From: Polyangiales bacterium
GTDB taxonomy: Bacteria > Myxococcota_A > Polyangia > Polyangiales > Polyangiaceae
Direction of reading: 5' to 3'
Assembly: GCA_038230375.1 (NCBI GenBank)
Contig: JBBRNJ010000014.1
Span: forward strand, 32,001 to 96,000
Length of the DNA: 64,000 nucleotides
The translations under genes were made by a program, and so were the position numbers. Positions 18,243-28,062 of this stretch are shown here, in pieces. Numbering within the stretch: position 1 is the first letter of the stretch; the number at the start of each line of letters is the position of its first letter. The notes under the pieces were generated by a model. That model had not been told where the DNA came from. It worked only from the letters and a program-made list of their open reading frames with translations, and made no database searches.

Positions 18243-18271
18243 TTGACGTCGCGGAATGGAGACGATAGGTC
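18243..18271 (+). promoter_or_regulatory. sigma70-type promoter for the tgl-like operon
   Basis: TTGACG-17 bp-TAGGTC, matching the prs promoter pattern in this window. Confidence 0.45.
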
Positions 18272-18360
18272 CATCCCGCTTTGGATTGGGCACTGGCCGA
18301 GCGGTTTGGGCGGCCTGCGACTCTCGACTCCTTTCGTGGGTCCACGACGTCTCCCCGTTA

Positions 18361-19230
18361 ATGCGAAAAACCACCCTCACCGGACCGAACCCCCGCCGAC
18401 CCTCCGTCGTGGCCTCCCTGGCCTCCGTCGTGGCCTGCGTGCTGCTCATCGGGCCGGCGGCTTGTAGCCCCAAAGGCGGCAGCGGCATCAGCGCCCAGTC
18501 GCCGGAGCGCCAGAGCGAGACCGAGTACGATCTCTCGGTCGACCTCTTCAAGCGCGGCCAGACCCGCGAGGCCCTCGACCACGCTCGCAAGGCGGTCGAG
18601 TTGAACGAGGAGAACGCCAAGGCGCTCTACTTCACCGCGACCCTCTATCTCTCGTTCTGCGCCGGGGACCGCGGCTTGACCGACCCGGACTGCCGGATGG
18701 CCGACGCCGAGAAGAGCGCCAAGGCCGCGGTCAAGGCCGACGACTCCTTCCGCGACGCCAAGAACCTGCTGGGCGTCATCTACACGAACGAGAAGAAGTA
18801 CCACGACGCCATCCTGGTCCTGGAGCCGCTCACCAAGGACCCGGCGTACACCGAGAGCTACCTCGCGTGGGGCAACCTGGGTCTGGCCCAGCTGCTCGAC
18901 GGCCAGCTCGACGCGTCCATCAACTCCCTCAAGAACAGCGTGACCCAGCCGCAGTTCTGCGTCGGGTTCTACCGGCTTGGCCTGGCCTACGAAAAGAAGA
19001 ACGACCTCATGACGGCGGAGAAGAGCCTCTCCGACTCACTCGCCGTCCAGAGCCCTGACTGTCAGTCGCTCCAGGACGCGTGGGAGGCCCGCGGGCGCAT
19101 CCGCGCAAAGCTCGGCCGCGCGGACGACGCAAAGAAGGATTTCGAAAGATGTCGCGAGCTCTCGAAGGACACGCCCACCGGGAAGGCGTGCGTGACGGCG
19201 CTCTCATCCCTCGCAGGAGGCAAGCAGTGA
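18361..19230 (+). CDS. TPR lipoprotein, Tgl/PilF-like type IV pilus secretin pilotin
   Basis: Lipobox (PAAC), tandem TPRs, DPAY...LAWGNLG and PQFCVGFYRLG segments typical of Tgl/PilF; followed by RodZ-like HTH as in pilF-rodZ loci. Confidence 0.7.
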   Translation: MRKTTLTGPNPRRPSVVASLASVVACVLLIGPAACSPKGGSGISAQSPERQSETEYDLSVDLFKRGQTREALDHARKAVELNEENAKALYFTATLYLSFCAGDRGLTDPDCRMADAEKSAKAAVKADDSFRDAKNLLGVIYTNEKKYHDAILVLEPLTKDPAYTESYLAWGNLGLAQLLDGQLDASINSLKNSVTQPQFCVGFYRLGLAYEKKNDLMTAEKSLSDSLAVQSPDCQSLQDAWEARGRIRAKLGRADDAKKDFERCRELSKDTPTGKACVTALSSLAGGKQ

Positions 19231-19787
19231 GCGGTATCGACATCAAGACCGAAGCGAAGATGGCGCGCGCAAAGGCGGACAGCTTCCCGCCCCCGTCCTC
19301 AGGCCCATCGTCCCAGCGCAGCCGAGGCGCGGACACCTACGAGACCGTCGGCACCAAGCTCCGTCGCGGCCGCCTCGCCAAGGAGATGACCGTCTCCGAG
19401 GTCTCGCGCGTGACCCGAATCCCCACGCACACCCTCGAGAAGATCGAGTCCGACCACTTCGACGATCTCCCCGGCGAGGTCTTCGTCCGTGGCTTCCTCA
19501 AGGCCTACGCGCAGGCCGTCTCCATAGACGGCAGCGACATCATCGCGCGCTACACGGCCAGCCGTCGCGTGGCGATCGTCACGCCGCTCCCCGTCACCTC
19601 GCCGGTGCAAGCCGCGCGTGAGGGGCAGGGTCGCCGGTTCGGCGTCGCGATCGCGCTCGTGCTGCTGCTCATCCTGTTCACGCTCGCGATCTCGATCGTG
19701 CTGAAGCCGCGCGGACGCGACATCCCGCACGAGCTCTCCGGGACGGATCGCGCCAATAGCTGGACGCACGACACGCTGAAGGTCTGA
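19227..19787 (+). CDS. RodZ-like helix-turn-helix membrane protein (short, no periplasmic domain)
   Basis: VGTKLRRGR...TRIP...IE...LPGEVFVRGFLKAYA plus one TM helix. Confidence 0.8.
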   Translation: MSGIDIKTEAKMARAKADSFPPPSSGPSSQRSRGADTYETVGTKLRRGRLAKEMTVSEVSRVTRIPTHTLEKIESDHFDDLPGEVFVRGFLKAYAQAVSIDGSDIIARYTASRRVAIVTPLPVTSPVQAAREGQGRRFGVAIALVLLLILFTLAISIVLKPRGRDIPHELSGTDRANSWTHDTLKV

Positions 19788-19793
19788 GGGCGC

Positions 19794-20513
19794 TTGGCGC
19801 GGAGCGGGGTCGGCGCAGGCAAGAGCTTCGAATCGGAGGGCTTCCTCCTCCACCGCGTGCCCTACGGCGAGAGCGACGTGATCGCCACGTTCCTCACCGC
19901 GCAGCACGGCAAGCTGGGCATGATCGCGCGCGGCGCTCGTCGCTCGTCCAGGCGATTCCAGGGCGTGCTCGAGCCGCTCTCCACCGTGCTGCTCACGTAC
20001 GACGATCGCGGACGCGATCTCTGCACGCTCAAGGAGGGGCGCGTCACCGTGCCGCGCACCCGCATCATGGAGGACCTGGACGCATTGGAGGCCGCGGGCA
20101 AGGCGCTCAGATTCGTTCGCGCGCTGTGCCCCACGCGCACGCCGGAGCCCGAGGTCATGACAAGCCTCGTGAGGCTGCTCGACGCGCTCCAGGAAGGCCG
20201 CCGCACGCAGGCGGAGCTGCTTCGCTTCTCGTTCGCGTTGCTCACGGGCGTTGGCTACGGGCTGGAGCTCTCGCGCTGTTTGCGCTGCGGAAAACCGCGG
20301 CCATCAGGCCGCCCCGCGTACGTGGATCCGGACAAGGGCGGCGTGGTCTGCGCGTCGTGCGGCGGCGGAAAGATCCTCGTGCCCGCCGAGCTCATCGAGG
20401 AGGCGCAGCGACTCACCTCGGGCGAGCCCGTCGAGCTCTCGGACCTCCACGTGGGCACGCTGCTGCGCGTCGCGGAGGAGGCGATCGTCGCGCACGCAGG
20501 TGTGGAAGCGTAG
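19794..20513 (+). CDS. recO: DNA repair protein RecO
   Basis: YGESD.I..FLT..HGK...IARGARRS.RRF; CxxC...CxxC zinc finger. Confidence 0.92.
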   Translation: MARSGVGAGKSFESEGFLLHRVPYGESDVIATFLTAQHGKLGMIARGARRSSRRFQGVLEPLSTVLLTYDDRGRDLCTLKEGRVTVPRTRIMEDLDALEAAGKALRFVRALCPTRTPEPEVMTSLVRLLDALQEGRRTQAELLRFSFALLTGVGYGLELSRCLRCGKPRPSGRPAYVDPDKGGVVCASCGGGKILVPAELIEEAQRLTSGEPVELSDLHVGTLLRVAEEAIVAHAGVEA

Positions 20514-20526
20514 TACATAGACGGCA

Positions 20527-21504
20527 ATGACATCCCCCCTCGATGTTTCCTGCTTCGGAGAGGTGCTGTTCGATGCGTTCGAAGCGGACCCGAAGACCGC
20601 ACCGTTTCCGGCGTCGCGCGGCTTCAAGCTGGAGCTCGGTGGCGCGCCTGCGAACCTTGCCGTCGGTCTTGCGCGGCTCGGCCTGTCCTCTGCGGTCGTG
20701 GGTGCGGTGGGCGCGGACCGCTTTGGTGATGCGCTCCGAGCCATGCTCGAGGCCGACGGCGTTGACGTCTCCTATCTCGCGAAGCTGACCAAGCGCACGG
20801 GCCTTGCGTTTGCGTTCCGCAACGACAAGGGCGAGCCGAACTTCCTCTTCTACCGCGAGAACACCGCGGACATGAGCATGACGGACAAGCACATCACGCC
20901 CGCGTGCGCGAAGGCGCGGTTCGGTGTGCTGGGCACGAGCACGCTGCTCGGCGCGGACATGAAGAAGGCCACGCTGAAGTTCGTGGAGCTGGTGAAGAAG
21001 GCGAAGGGCACGGTGGTCCTGGACCTGAACGTGCGCGCGCACCTCTGGTCGGATCCGGACCAGATGAAGTCCGAGATCGCAGAGCTCGTGAAGAGCGCGG
21101 ATGTGGTGAAGGCGTCAGAGGCGGACCTGGATGTGCTGGCGGGCAAGCGCGGCATCACGTGGCTCGAGGCCCACGCGAAGCACGCCACGTGGCTGCTCAC
21201 GCGCGGCGAGAACGGCGCCGCGGCCGTGGGGAAGCACGGTGAGGTCACGGCGCCCACGAAGCGTGTAAGATGCATCGATGCTGTGGGCGCGGGTGATGCG
21301 TTCCTGGCCGGCGCACTGGCGGTGCTGGTGTCCGCCGGCACGTCGCCCTCGCAGGCGTCCTGGTCGGACACCAAGCTCTGGTCGCGCGCGCTCGAGGCGG
21401 GCCACCTGATGGGCGCGAAGGCGGTCTCTTCTCCCGGCGCCGTGTCGGGGCTCATTGCGCTGGACGACGTGAAGTCGAAGATGGCGTCGGCAAAGAAGGC
21501 ATAA
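20527..21504 (+). CDS. PfkB family carbohydrate kinase
   Basis: GGAPANLAVGLARLG, DLNVR, DAVGAGDAF signature. Confidence 0.92.
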   Translation: MTSPLDVSCFGEVLFDAFEADPKTAPFPASRGFKLELGGAPANLAVGLARLGLSSAVVGAVGADRFGDALRAMLEADGVDVSYLAKLTKRTGLAFAFRNDKGEPNFLFYRENTADMSMTDKHITPACAKARFGVLGTSTLLGADMKKATLKFVELVKKAKGTVVLDLNVRAHLWSDPDQMKSEIAELVKSADVVKASEADLDVLAGKRGITWLEAHAKHATWLLTRGENGAAAVGKHGEVTAPTKRVRCIDAVGAGDAFLAGALAVLVSAGTSPSQASWSDTKLWSRALEAGHLMGAKAVSSPGAVSGLIALDDVKSKMASAKKA

Positions 21505-21509
21505 CCATC

Positions 21510-21860
21510 GTGTCGGACCTGCAGTTTCGTCCGCTCAAGATCCGGTCGCCGCGCGGCGCAATGACGACGGAGATCGACTGGGCCGACGGGCACAAGGGCA
21601 TGCTCCCCCACGAGGTCCTGCGCGGCTACTGCCCGTGCGCGGGTTGCCAGGGACACTCGGGCACCATCAAGTTCATCAAGCCCGAGCGAAACCAGCTCGA
21701 GATCGACGCGCTCGAGCCCGTGGGCAACTACGCGATCAAGATCGTCTGGTTCGACGGCCACGACAACGGGCTCTACTCGTATCGTTACCTGCGCGCGCTC
21801 TGCCAATGCCCGGAGTGCAAGAAGGACGGCGAGGACCACGGCGAGCGCCCGCGTCTATGA
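21510..21860 (+). CDS. DUF971 / GBBH-like N-terminal domain protein
   Basis: LRGYCPCAGC, VGNYA..I.W.DGH..GLYSY.YL. Confidence 0.88.
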   Translation: MSDLQFRPLKIRSPRGAMTTEIDWADGHKGMLPHEVLRGYCPCAGCQGHSGTIKFIKPERNQLEIDALEPVGNYAIKIVWFDGHDNGLYSYRYLRALCQCPECKKDGEDHGERPRL

Positions 21861-23473
21861 CGGCTTCAGGTGGGGCAGGCGGCGGGGCTGGCGGAGGCGG
21901 GGCTGGCGCGTCCGAGCGAAAGAGCCTCGCGAAGCGCGCGGGGATCGTCGCGGTGGGAACGCTTGCATCGCGCATCCTCGGGCTCGGCCGCGACATGGCG
22001 CTCGCCGCGCTGTTCCCGCGCGCGGTGACGGACGCGTTCTTCGTGGCGTTCACGATCCCGAATGCGCTTCGCCAGATCCTGGGTGAGGGCGCGGTGAGTA
22101 GCTCGGTGGTGCCCGTGCTCTCGAAGAAGATCGAGGACGGCGGCGACGAAGCGGGGCAGGCGTTCTTCGCGCGCGCGCGCGGTGCGTCGCTGATGATGCT
22201 GCTGCTCGTCACGGTGCTGGGCATGCTGTGCGCGCGTCCGCTCTCGGAGCTGTTCGCCGGTGGCTACCACGATCGCCCGGAGGAGTTCGAGCGCGTGGTG
22301 GCCCTCACGCGCACCGTGTTCCCGTACATCTTCTTCATGGGCACCGCCGCACTGGGAATGGCGGCGCTCAACGCGAAGCGCAAGTTCGCGGTCGCTGCGT
22401 TCGCTCCCGGTCTGCTCAACGTTGCGTTCCTGCTGTGCGCGTTCACGCTTCCCGCCGTGCTCGCCTCACGCGGCATCGACGGCGCACAGACGCTTGCGAT
22501 CGGCGCGCTGCTCGGCGGCCTGTTGCAGGTGGTGGCGCAATGGCCAGCGCTCCGCGCCATCGGCTATGCCGGCCGGCCCATCATCGATTTCAAGGATCCC
22601 GCGGTGCGGGACATGGGCCGCCGCCTCCTGCCGATGACCCTCGGCATAGGTGTATATTACATAGACCTGGTGCTCTCGCGCCGCTTCCTGTCCGAGATGG
22701 GCGAGGGCGCGCAGAGCTACTTCTCGTGGGCGCAGCGGCTGGCGGATTTTCCGCAGGGCATCTTCGTGATGGCGATCTCGACTGCCTCACTCCCGTCGCT
22801 CGCCACGCTCGCTGCAAAGGGCGAGCACGAGGAGATGAAGAAGACCTTCGCGTACGGCCTGCGGCTCGCCCTGTTCGTCGCGGTTCCCGCGAGCGTCGCG
22901 CTCGTCATCCTGGCCGAGCCCACGGTGCGCGCCATGTTCCAGCGCGGCGCGTTCGACGCCACCGCCACCGCGGAGACCGCACGCGCGCTCGTGTGGCAGG
23001 GTGGCTCGCTCTTCACCGTCGCCGTCGTGCGGCAGGTGGTGCCCATGTTTTACGCGCTGGGTGACACACGAACGCCGGTCATCGTGAGCTTGCTCGACCT
23101 GCTTGTCTTCATCGCCATGGCCGTTGGTCTGAAGAGCCTCTGGGGCCACGTGGGCGTCAGCGCTGCCGTCGCAGGCTCCAGCTTCGCGCAGATGGTGATG
23201 CTGCTCTACGCGCTCCGCAGGAAGCTCGGCTCGCTGCACGGCGCGGAGATCATGTCCTCCGTGGGGCGCACGTTGCTCGCTTCGGCGGTCGGCGCGGTCG
23301 GCGGGCGGTCCGTGGTCTGGCTATACGGCTCGGGGCCGCCCGTCGTCACGGGTGCGGTCGCGCTCGTCGTGTTCGGTGGTCTCTTTGCGCTCGCGGGGTG
23401 GGGCCTCAGGTCGCCCGAGCTCGACGCGATCGTCACCGCCGTCAGCAAGCGGCTCCGTCGCAAGCCCGCCTGA
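21857..23473 (+). CDS. murJ: lipid II flippase MurJ
   Basis: SRILGLGRD, DAFFVAFTIPN.LR..LGEGA, FQRGAF, FYALGDTRTP; many TM helices. Confidence 0.95.
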   Translation: MTASGGAGGGAGGGGAGASERKSLAKRAGIVAVGTLASRILGLGRDMALAALFPRAVTDAFFVAFTIPNALRQILGEGAVSSSVVPVLSKKIEDGGDEAGQAFFARARGASLMMLLLVTVLGMLCARPLSELFAGGYHDRPEEFERVVALTRTVFPYIFFMGTAALGMAALNAKRKFAVAAFAPGLLNVAFLLCAFTLPAVLASRGIDGAQTLAIGALLGGLLQVVAQWPALRAIGYAGRPIIDFKDPAVRDMGRRLLPMTLGIGVYYIDLVLSRRFLSEMGEGAQSYFSWAQRLADFPQGIFVMAISTASLPSLATLAAKGEHEEMKKTFAYGLRLALFVAVPASVALVILAEPTVRAMFQRGAFDATATAETARALVWQGGSLFTVAVVRQVVPMFYALGDTRTPVIVSLLDLLVFIAMAVGLKSLWGHVGVSAAVAGSSFAQMVMLLYALRRKLGSLHGAEIMSSVGRTLLASAVGAVGGRSVVWLYGSGPPVVTGAVALVVFGGLFALAGWGLRSPELDAIVTAVSKRLRRKPA

Positions 23474-23513
23474 AGGGGCTGGGTGGAGCGCGAGCCGTGG
23501 TAAGGAGGAGCGC

Positions 23514-24146
23514 ATGGAACCGAACGCGGGCAAGTACAACGTCGTGGAGGCGAGCTTCGTCGCGTCAGGTCCCACGCTCGACGCCCTGCCGGCGCCAGCG
23601 CTCCCGGAGATCGCATTCGCGGGTCGCTCGAACGTCGGGAAATCAAGCCTCCTCAACATGCTGCTCTCGCGCATCAAGCTGGTTCGCACCAGCTCGTCGC
23701 CGGGCTGCACGCGCACCCTGAACCTGTTCCACGTGAAGCTCGCGTCTGGCCTGGAGATGCAGGTCACAGATCTTCCGGGCTATGGATACGCGAAGCTCTC
23801 GCGCTCGGAGTCGAAGTCGTTCCAGGCCATGGTCGAGGGCTACCTCACGCGCAGGCCCTCGCTTGTCGCGCTCGTCATCCTGGTGGACGTGCGCCGCGGC
23901 GTCGAGGACGAGGAGCGTCAGCTCGTGTCGTACATGGAGCAACCCGGCGTGGATCGCGCACGCAAGCCGGTGGTCATCTTCGTTGCCACCAAGCTCGACA
24001 AGCTGTCGCGAAGCGAGCAAAAGCCCGCGCTGGGCCGCCTCGAAAAGGCAGCCGGCATGAAGGGTATCCTGGGTGTGTCGGCCGAGACCGGCGCCGGGCG
24101 CGACGAGCTATGGCAGAAGCTCGAGCGCTCTCTCGTTCTGGTATAG
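23514..24146 (+). CDS. yihA: ribosome biogenesis GTPase YihA/EngB
   Basis: GRSNVGKSS, DLPGYG, TKLD motifs. Confidence 0.95.
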   Translation: MEPNAGKYNVVEASFVASGPTLDALPAPALPEIAFAGRSNVGKSSLLNMLLSRIKLVRTSSSPGCTRTLNLFHVKLASGLEMQVTDLPGYGYAKLSRSESKSFQAMVEGYLTRRPSLVALVILVDVRRGVEDEERQLVSYMEQPGVDRARKPVVIFVATKLDKLSRSEQKPALGRLEKAAGMKGILGVSAETGAGRDELWQKLERSLVLV

Positions 24147-24156
24147 TCAGAGGCAC

Positions 24157-25017
24157 ATGCGCGTCCCCCGCCGCCGTCTGGTCTCTTCGCTGTGCCTTGT
24201 GTCGGGCATTGCCGTGCTGGGGTTCGCATGCACGCCGCCCCCGAAGGCCGCGACCTACGTGGCAAGCCAGGAGTCATGGTGCCCGGAGGGCTTCGAGCAA
24301 GGTCCGGACGACGCATGCTTCGCGCTCCCCGAGCAGCGCGGCGACAAGACCGCAGTCCTGATTTACTTGCATCATGCATATACCGGCGCCGGACCATCCG
24401 GCGAGTGGGACGTCGTCAAGAAGGCCACGGAGAAGGGCTTTGCCGTGGTGCTCGTGCGGGGCCGCCGCGCGCTCTGCGATCTGCCGGGCAATCCGCCGGG
24501 CGCGGAGTTCTGCTGGCCGCACGATCCCGACGACACCATCACCATGAAGCAGATGGCGGGCAGCTGGGACAAGACCATCTGGCAGGCCGACGCACTGCTC
24601 GAGCAGGGACCGCACAAGCACTACGTCCTGGGCTACGGCGCCGGCGGCAACTTTGTAGGCACGCTGGCCACGCAGGGCTTCCTGGAGGCGTCGGGCTACG
24701 CTGTCATCGGCTCGGGTGCCTCGATGCCCACGCCCGCGTCGGGCCGCAAGCCACCGCTCGTGATCCTGATGGCGAGCGACTCCGACGAGGCGGGCGCGCA
24801 GGCAAAGTCCACGAGCGACGCGCTCGAGAAGGCGACCTGGCCGCACGCGCGCTGCCCGCACGCGCAGAAGACGCTCGCCAAGGAGGACCTGGACGTGGTG
24901 CTGAAGACGTTCTCGCGGGAGCGCGCAGGTGACCTCGCGGGCTTCCTTGCCTCGACCACGAAGAACACTCCTTGCGACCCGCCCGGCGGTCCCGCGACCC
25001 CGCCCAAGAAGAAGTGA
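24157..25017 (+). CDS. lipoprotein with alpha/beta-hydrolase-like fold, degenerate nucleophile motif
   Basis: Lipobox LGFAC; IYLHH; GYGAGG where GxSxG is expected. Confidence 0.6.
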   Translation: MRVPRRRLVSSLCLVSGIAVLGFACTPPPKAATYVASQESWCPEGFEQGPDDACFALPEQRGDKTAVLIYLHHAYTGAGPSGEWDVVKKATEKGFAVVLVRGRRALCDLPGNPPGAEFCWPHDPDDTITMKQMAGSWDKTIWQADALLEQGPHKHYVLGYGAGGNFVGTLATQGFLEASGYAVIGSGASMPTPASGRKPPLVILMASDSDEAGAQAKSTSDALEKATWPHARCPHAQKTLAKEDLDVVLKTFSRERAGDLAGFLASTTKNTPCDPPGGPATPPKKK

Positions 25018-25078
25018 CCGCCACCGGGAAAATCCAGCGCTACAAGCTGCGCGCCTGACAGGGTAGAGTGCAGCCGGC

Positions 25079-25450
25079 ATGGACGAAGCAAAGAACATCC
25101 TGGGTGGTCAACTCAAGAGCTGCAGCACCAATCCGATGACGGGCTTCTTCCGTGACGGGTGCTGCAACACGGACGAGAACGATCGCGGCTCACACACCGT
25201 CTGCACGCGCGTCACCGCCGAGTTCCTGGAGTTCTCGAAGCAGCAGGGGAACGATCTGTCCACGCCGCGTCCCGAGTACGGGTTTCTGGGCCTCAAGCCG
25301 GGCGACCAGTGGTGCCTCTGCGCCTCGCGATGGAAGGAGGCCTACGAGGCCGGCGCGGCGCCCCACGTGATCCTCCAGTCCACGCACGAGCGCGCAGGGG
25401 ACATCGTTCCCCTCGCGGCGCTGAAGAAGCTCGCGCTCGACCTGAACTGA
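25079..25450 (+). CDS. DUF2237 family protein
   Basis: NILG..L..CS..PMTGFFRDGCC, GNDLSTP, WCLCA.RW. Confidence 0.92.
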   Translation: MDEAKNILGGQLKSCSTNPMTGFFRDGCCNTDENDRGSHTVCTRVTAEFLEFSKQQGNDLSTPRPEYGFLGLKPGDQWCLCASRWKEAYEAGAAPHVILQSTHERAGDIVPLAALKKLALDLN

Positions 25451-25470
25451 TCGGAGCTTCTGGAGTCGGT

Positions 25471-26061
25471 TCAGACGCCGAGCATCTCGCGGATCTCCGC
25501 GATCGATTTCCCCGCGAAGAGCGCCTGCGATTGCTCCGCGGTCGCGAACGAGCGGGTCAGCATCCGATCGATGTAGAGCGTGCCGTCGAGATGGTCGATC
25601 TCGTGCTGGAAGATGCGCGCCGGCCAGCCCACCGCATGGAAGGACTGCGGCTCGCCGTGCTCGTCGAGCCCCGTGACCTCCACCTCTCGGTAGCGGTCGA
25701 CCATCGCCACGAAGCCGTTCACGCTCAGGCAGCCCTCGAAGAACGTGACCTTCTCGTCGCCGAGGATCTTCATCATGGGGTTCACGAAGACGCGCGTGGA
25801 GAACGGCGTGCGCTCCCGTTCCTTCTGCTCCCCGGACGAGAGCTTCTTCACGAGGTCCGCGCGATCCTCGAGCACGATGAGGCGCCACGGGATCCCGATC
25901 TGCGGCGCCGCGAGCCCCACACCGGGCGCCTCGCGCATGGTCTCCACCATGGTCTGGATCAGCGCCTGGAACTCCGGCGTGGCGATCCGCTCCAGGGGAA
26001 CGTCCTCCGCGCGCGATCGCAGGACGGGCGCGCCTGTCTGGACGATCGGCGCAGCACTCAT
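25471..26061 (-). CDS. def: peptide deformylase
   Basis: GVGLAAPQIG, EGCLSV, QHEIDHLDG. Confidence 0.96.
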   Translation of the reverse strand: MSAAPIVQTGAPVLRSRAEDVPLERIATPEFQALIQTMVETMREAPGVGLAAPQIGIPWRLIVLEDRADLVKKLSSGEQKERERTPFSTRVFVNPMMKILGDEKVTFFEGCLSVNGFVAMVDRYREVEVTGLDEHGEPQSFHAVGWPARIFQHEIDHLDGTLYIDRMLTRSFATAEQSQALFAGKSIAEIREMLGV

Positions 26062-26387
26062 GTCCGCGCGCGCAATGCCTCGAGCACCCGCGCGAGGTTG
26101 TCCGGCGCGAGCGATCTCGGCGGCTCGCTCATGGGTGTTGCGTCGTCGTCGATCGACACGGGCGCCGCGACAGGTCCAGAGCCGGCTTTCTCGAGGTGCG
26201 TGGCGGCACGTGCGAGGACGGGATACACGCCGCTCTCCCTGGGCGAGGGCTCCGGATCCTCGTACGGGACGCCGCGTTGACGCAGAAGCTCACCCGCGCG
26301 AAGCGCCATCGGGGGCGGGGTATCCGGCGGCGCGTCGAACATCTCACCATCAAGGATGCGGCTGTTTTTCACGGTTGTCCACGCCAA
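26058..26387 (-). CDS. hypothetical low-complexity protein
   Basis: Stop overlaps the def start (ATGA); ESGVYP/DDDATP segments typical of myxobacterial disordered proteins; start uncertain. Confidence 0.4.
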   Translation of the reverse strand: MAWTTVKNSRILDGEMFDAPPDTPPPMALRAGELLRQRGVPYEDPEPSPRESGVYPVLARAATHLEKAGSGPVAAPVSIDDDATPMSEPPRSLAPDNLARVLEALRART

Positions 26388-26514
26388 CCACGCACCAGCA
26401 TGGCCTCAGCGGTTCTTGGCGCCGTTTGATGCAATGCGGCGTGAGTGAACGAATGCGGGTGCGCCTGGTCCGAAGCCCGTTGACGTCGGGCACACCGGCG
26501 CTAGGGATGGAGGA

Positions 26515-27606
26515 ATGGATAGTCTCTCCGTCGCGCCGGCTGCTCCCAAAGAAGTGGGTTTTCAGGTCAAGGTCGAGCGGACGAGAGCGCCGCGACCCAA
26601 GCCCGACAGCACCGACCTCGGCTTCGGCCGATACTTCACCGACCATGAGCTCGAGGCCACGCACGACGGCCGCGCCTGGTCGTCGGCGCGCATCCTCCCC
26701 TTTGGCTCCACCAAGTCCGACGTGGCGAGCGGCGCCGTGCAGTACGGGCTCTCCGTCTTCGAGGGCCTGAAGGTCTTCAAGGGCGCGGACGGCGTGCTCC
26801 GTCTGTTCCGCGCGGACGCACATGCGCGTCGCTTCGCGAAGAGCGCAGAGGCGTTCTGCATGCCTCCGGTTCCGCAAGACGTGTTCATCGCGGCGGTCCG
26901 CGCGCTCACGCGTGAGGACGCCAGCTGGCACCCCGGCGACCCCGGCTCCATCTACGTTCGGCCCACGCTCTTCGGCAGCGAGGAGTTCCTCGGTGTGCGC
27001 CCGTCCCATGCGCACACGTTCTCCGTCATCCTCTCTCCCGTCGGGTCTTACTTCGGCGCCGGCGCGCGCCCGCTCCGCCTCTGGGCGGAGAAGGAGTACG
27101 TGCGCGCGTGCGTCGGTGGTGTGGGCTGGGTGAAGACCGGCGGCAACTATGCAGCAAGCCTCCGCGCCGCCGAGCGCGCACGTTCGCGCGGCTTCGACCA
27201 GGTCCTCTGGCTGGACGCCAATCATCACGAGCACGTCGAAGAGGCGGGCACCATGAACGTGTTCGTCCGCATTGGCGATCACGTCACCACACCGCCGCTC
27301 AGCGGTAGCATCCTCGCCGGTGTCACGCGCGACAGCTCGCTCACGTTGCTTCGTGCCTGGGGCATCGACGTCGAGGAGCGCGCGCTCTCCCTCACCGAGA
27401 TCACGGAGGCCGCGAAGGCCGGCAAGGAGCTCGAGATCTGGGGCACCGGCACAGCGGCGGTGGTGTCCTCCATCGGCGAGGTCGCCTGGGATGGCGGCAG
27501 CGTGAAGGCCGAGAGCATCACCGTCGCGACGCGCCTCAAGAACGCAATCACCGGCATCCAGACCGGCCGCGAAGAAGACAAGTACGGCTGGCTCACGCCC
27601 GTGTGA
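26515..27606 (+). CDS. ilvE: branched-chain amino acid aminotransferase
   Basis: FGRYFTDH, FEGLK, YVRP, KTGGNYA, EEAGTMN, LAGVTR, GTAA. Confidence 0.95.
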   Translation: MDSLSVAPAAPKEVGFQVKVERTRAPRPKPDSTDLGFGRYFTDHELEATHDGRAWSSARILPFGSTKSDVASGAVQYGLSVFEGLKVFKGADGVLRLFRADAHARRFAKSAEAFCMPPVPQDVFIAAVRALTREDASWHPGDPGSIYVRPTLFGSEEFLGVRPSHAHTFSVILSPVGSYFGAGARPLRLWAEKEYVRACVGGVGWVKTGGNYAASLRAAERARSRGFDQVLWLDANHHEHVEEAGTMNVFVRIGDHVTTPPLSGSILAGVTRDSSLTLLRAWGIDVEERALSLTEITEAAKAGKELEIWGTGTAAVVSSIGEVAWDGGSVKAESITVATRLKNAITGIQTGREEDKYGWLTPV

Positions 27607-27642
27607 CCGCCGGCCCCCGAGGGAGCCGGTGCTTGACGTCAG

Positions 27643-28011
27643 CTACGGGGTGCCACACTGCCACGACGGGACGGAGCCCGCGTCGTCGGTCGAGCAGACA
27701 CACGAATTGAGAAGCGCGCACACCTGATCGCTGGGGCCGCCAACGATGTTGGCCTTGCATCCGACGGGCATGGGCGTGCTGAGCGGCAGGTACTTCGTGC
27801 TCGGATCGTTGGGGTCGCCGCGGCAGCCGTCGCTACCGGGCGGACCTGCATCACAGAAGGCCACGCCGTGCTCGGTACAGATGAGTGTTCCTGCATCGCC
27901 CTTGTCCGTGAGGCTTGCGCTGTTGCAGCCCGCGAGAAATAGAAGTGCGAGAGTGACGTTGGCCAGCCTTTTCACGCGCGTGTGCTCCTGAAGCGGTGTT
28001 ACGGGCGCCAT
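27643..28011 (-). CDS. small Cys-rich lipoprotein
   Basis: LLFLAGC lipobox; several Cys; DAG motifs. Confidence 0.6.
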   Translation of the reverse strand: MAPVTPLQEHTRVKRLANVTLALLFLAGCNSASLTDKGDAGTLICTEHGVAFCDAGPPGSDGCRGDPNDPSTKYLPLSTPMPVGCKANIVGGPSDQVCALLNSCVCSTDDAGSVPSWQCGTP

Positions 28012-28062
28012 CTTAGCCCCAGAACCCCGCGTTGAAGCCACCACTTTGCTGTTTTCTGAACG

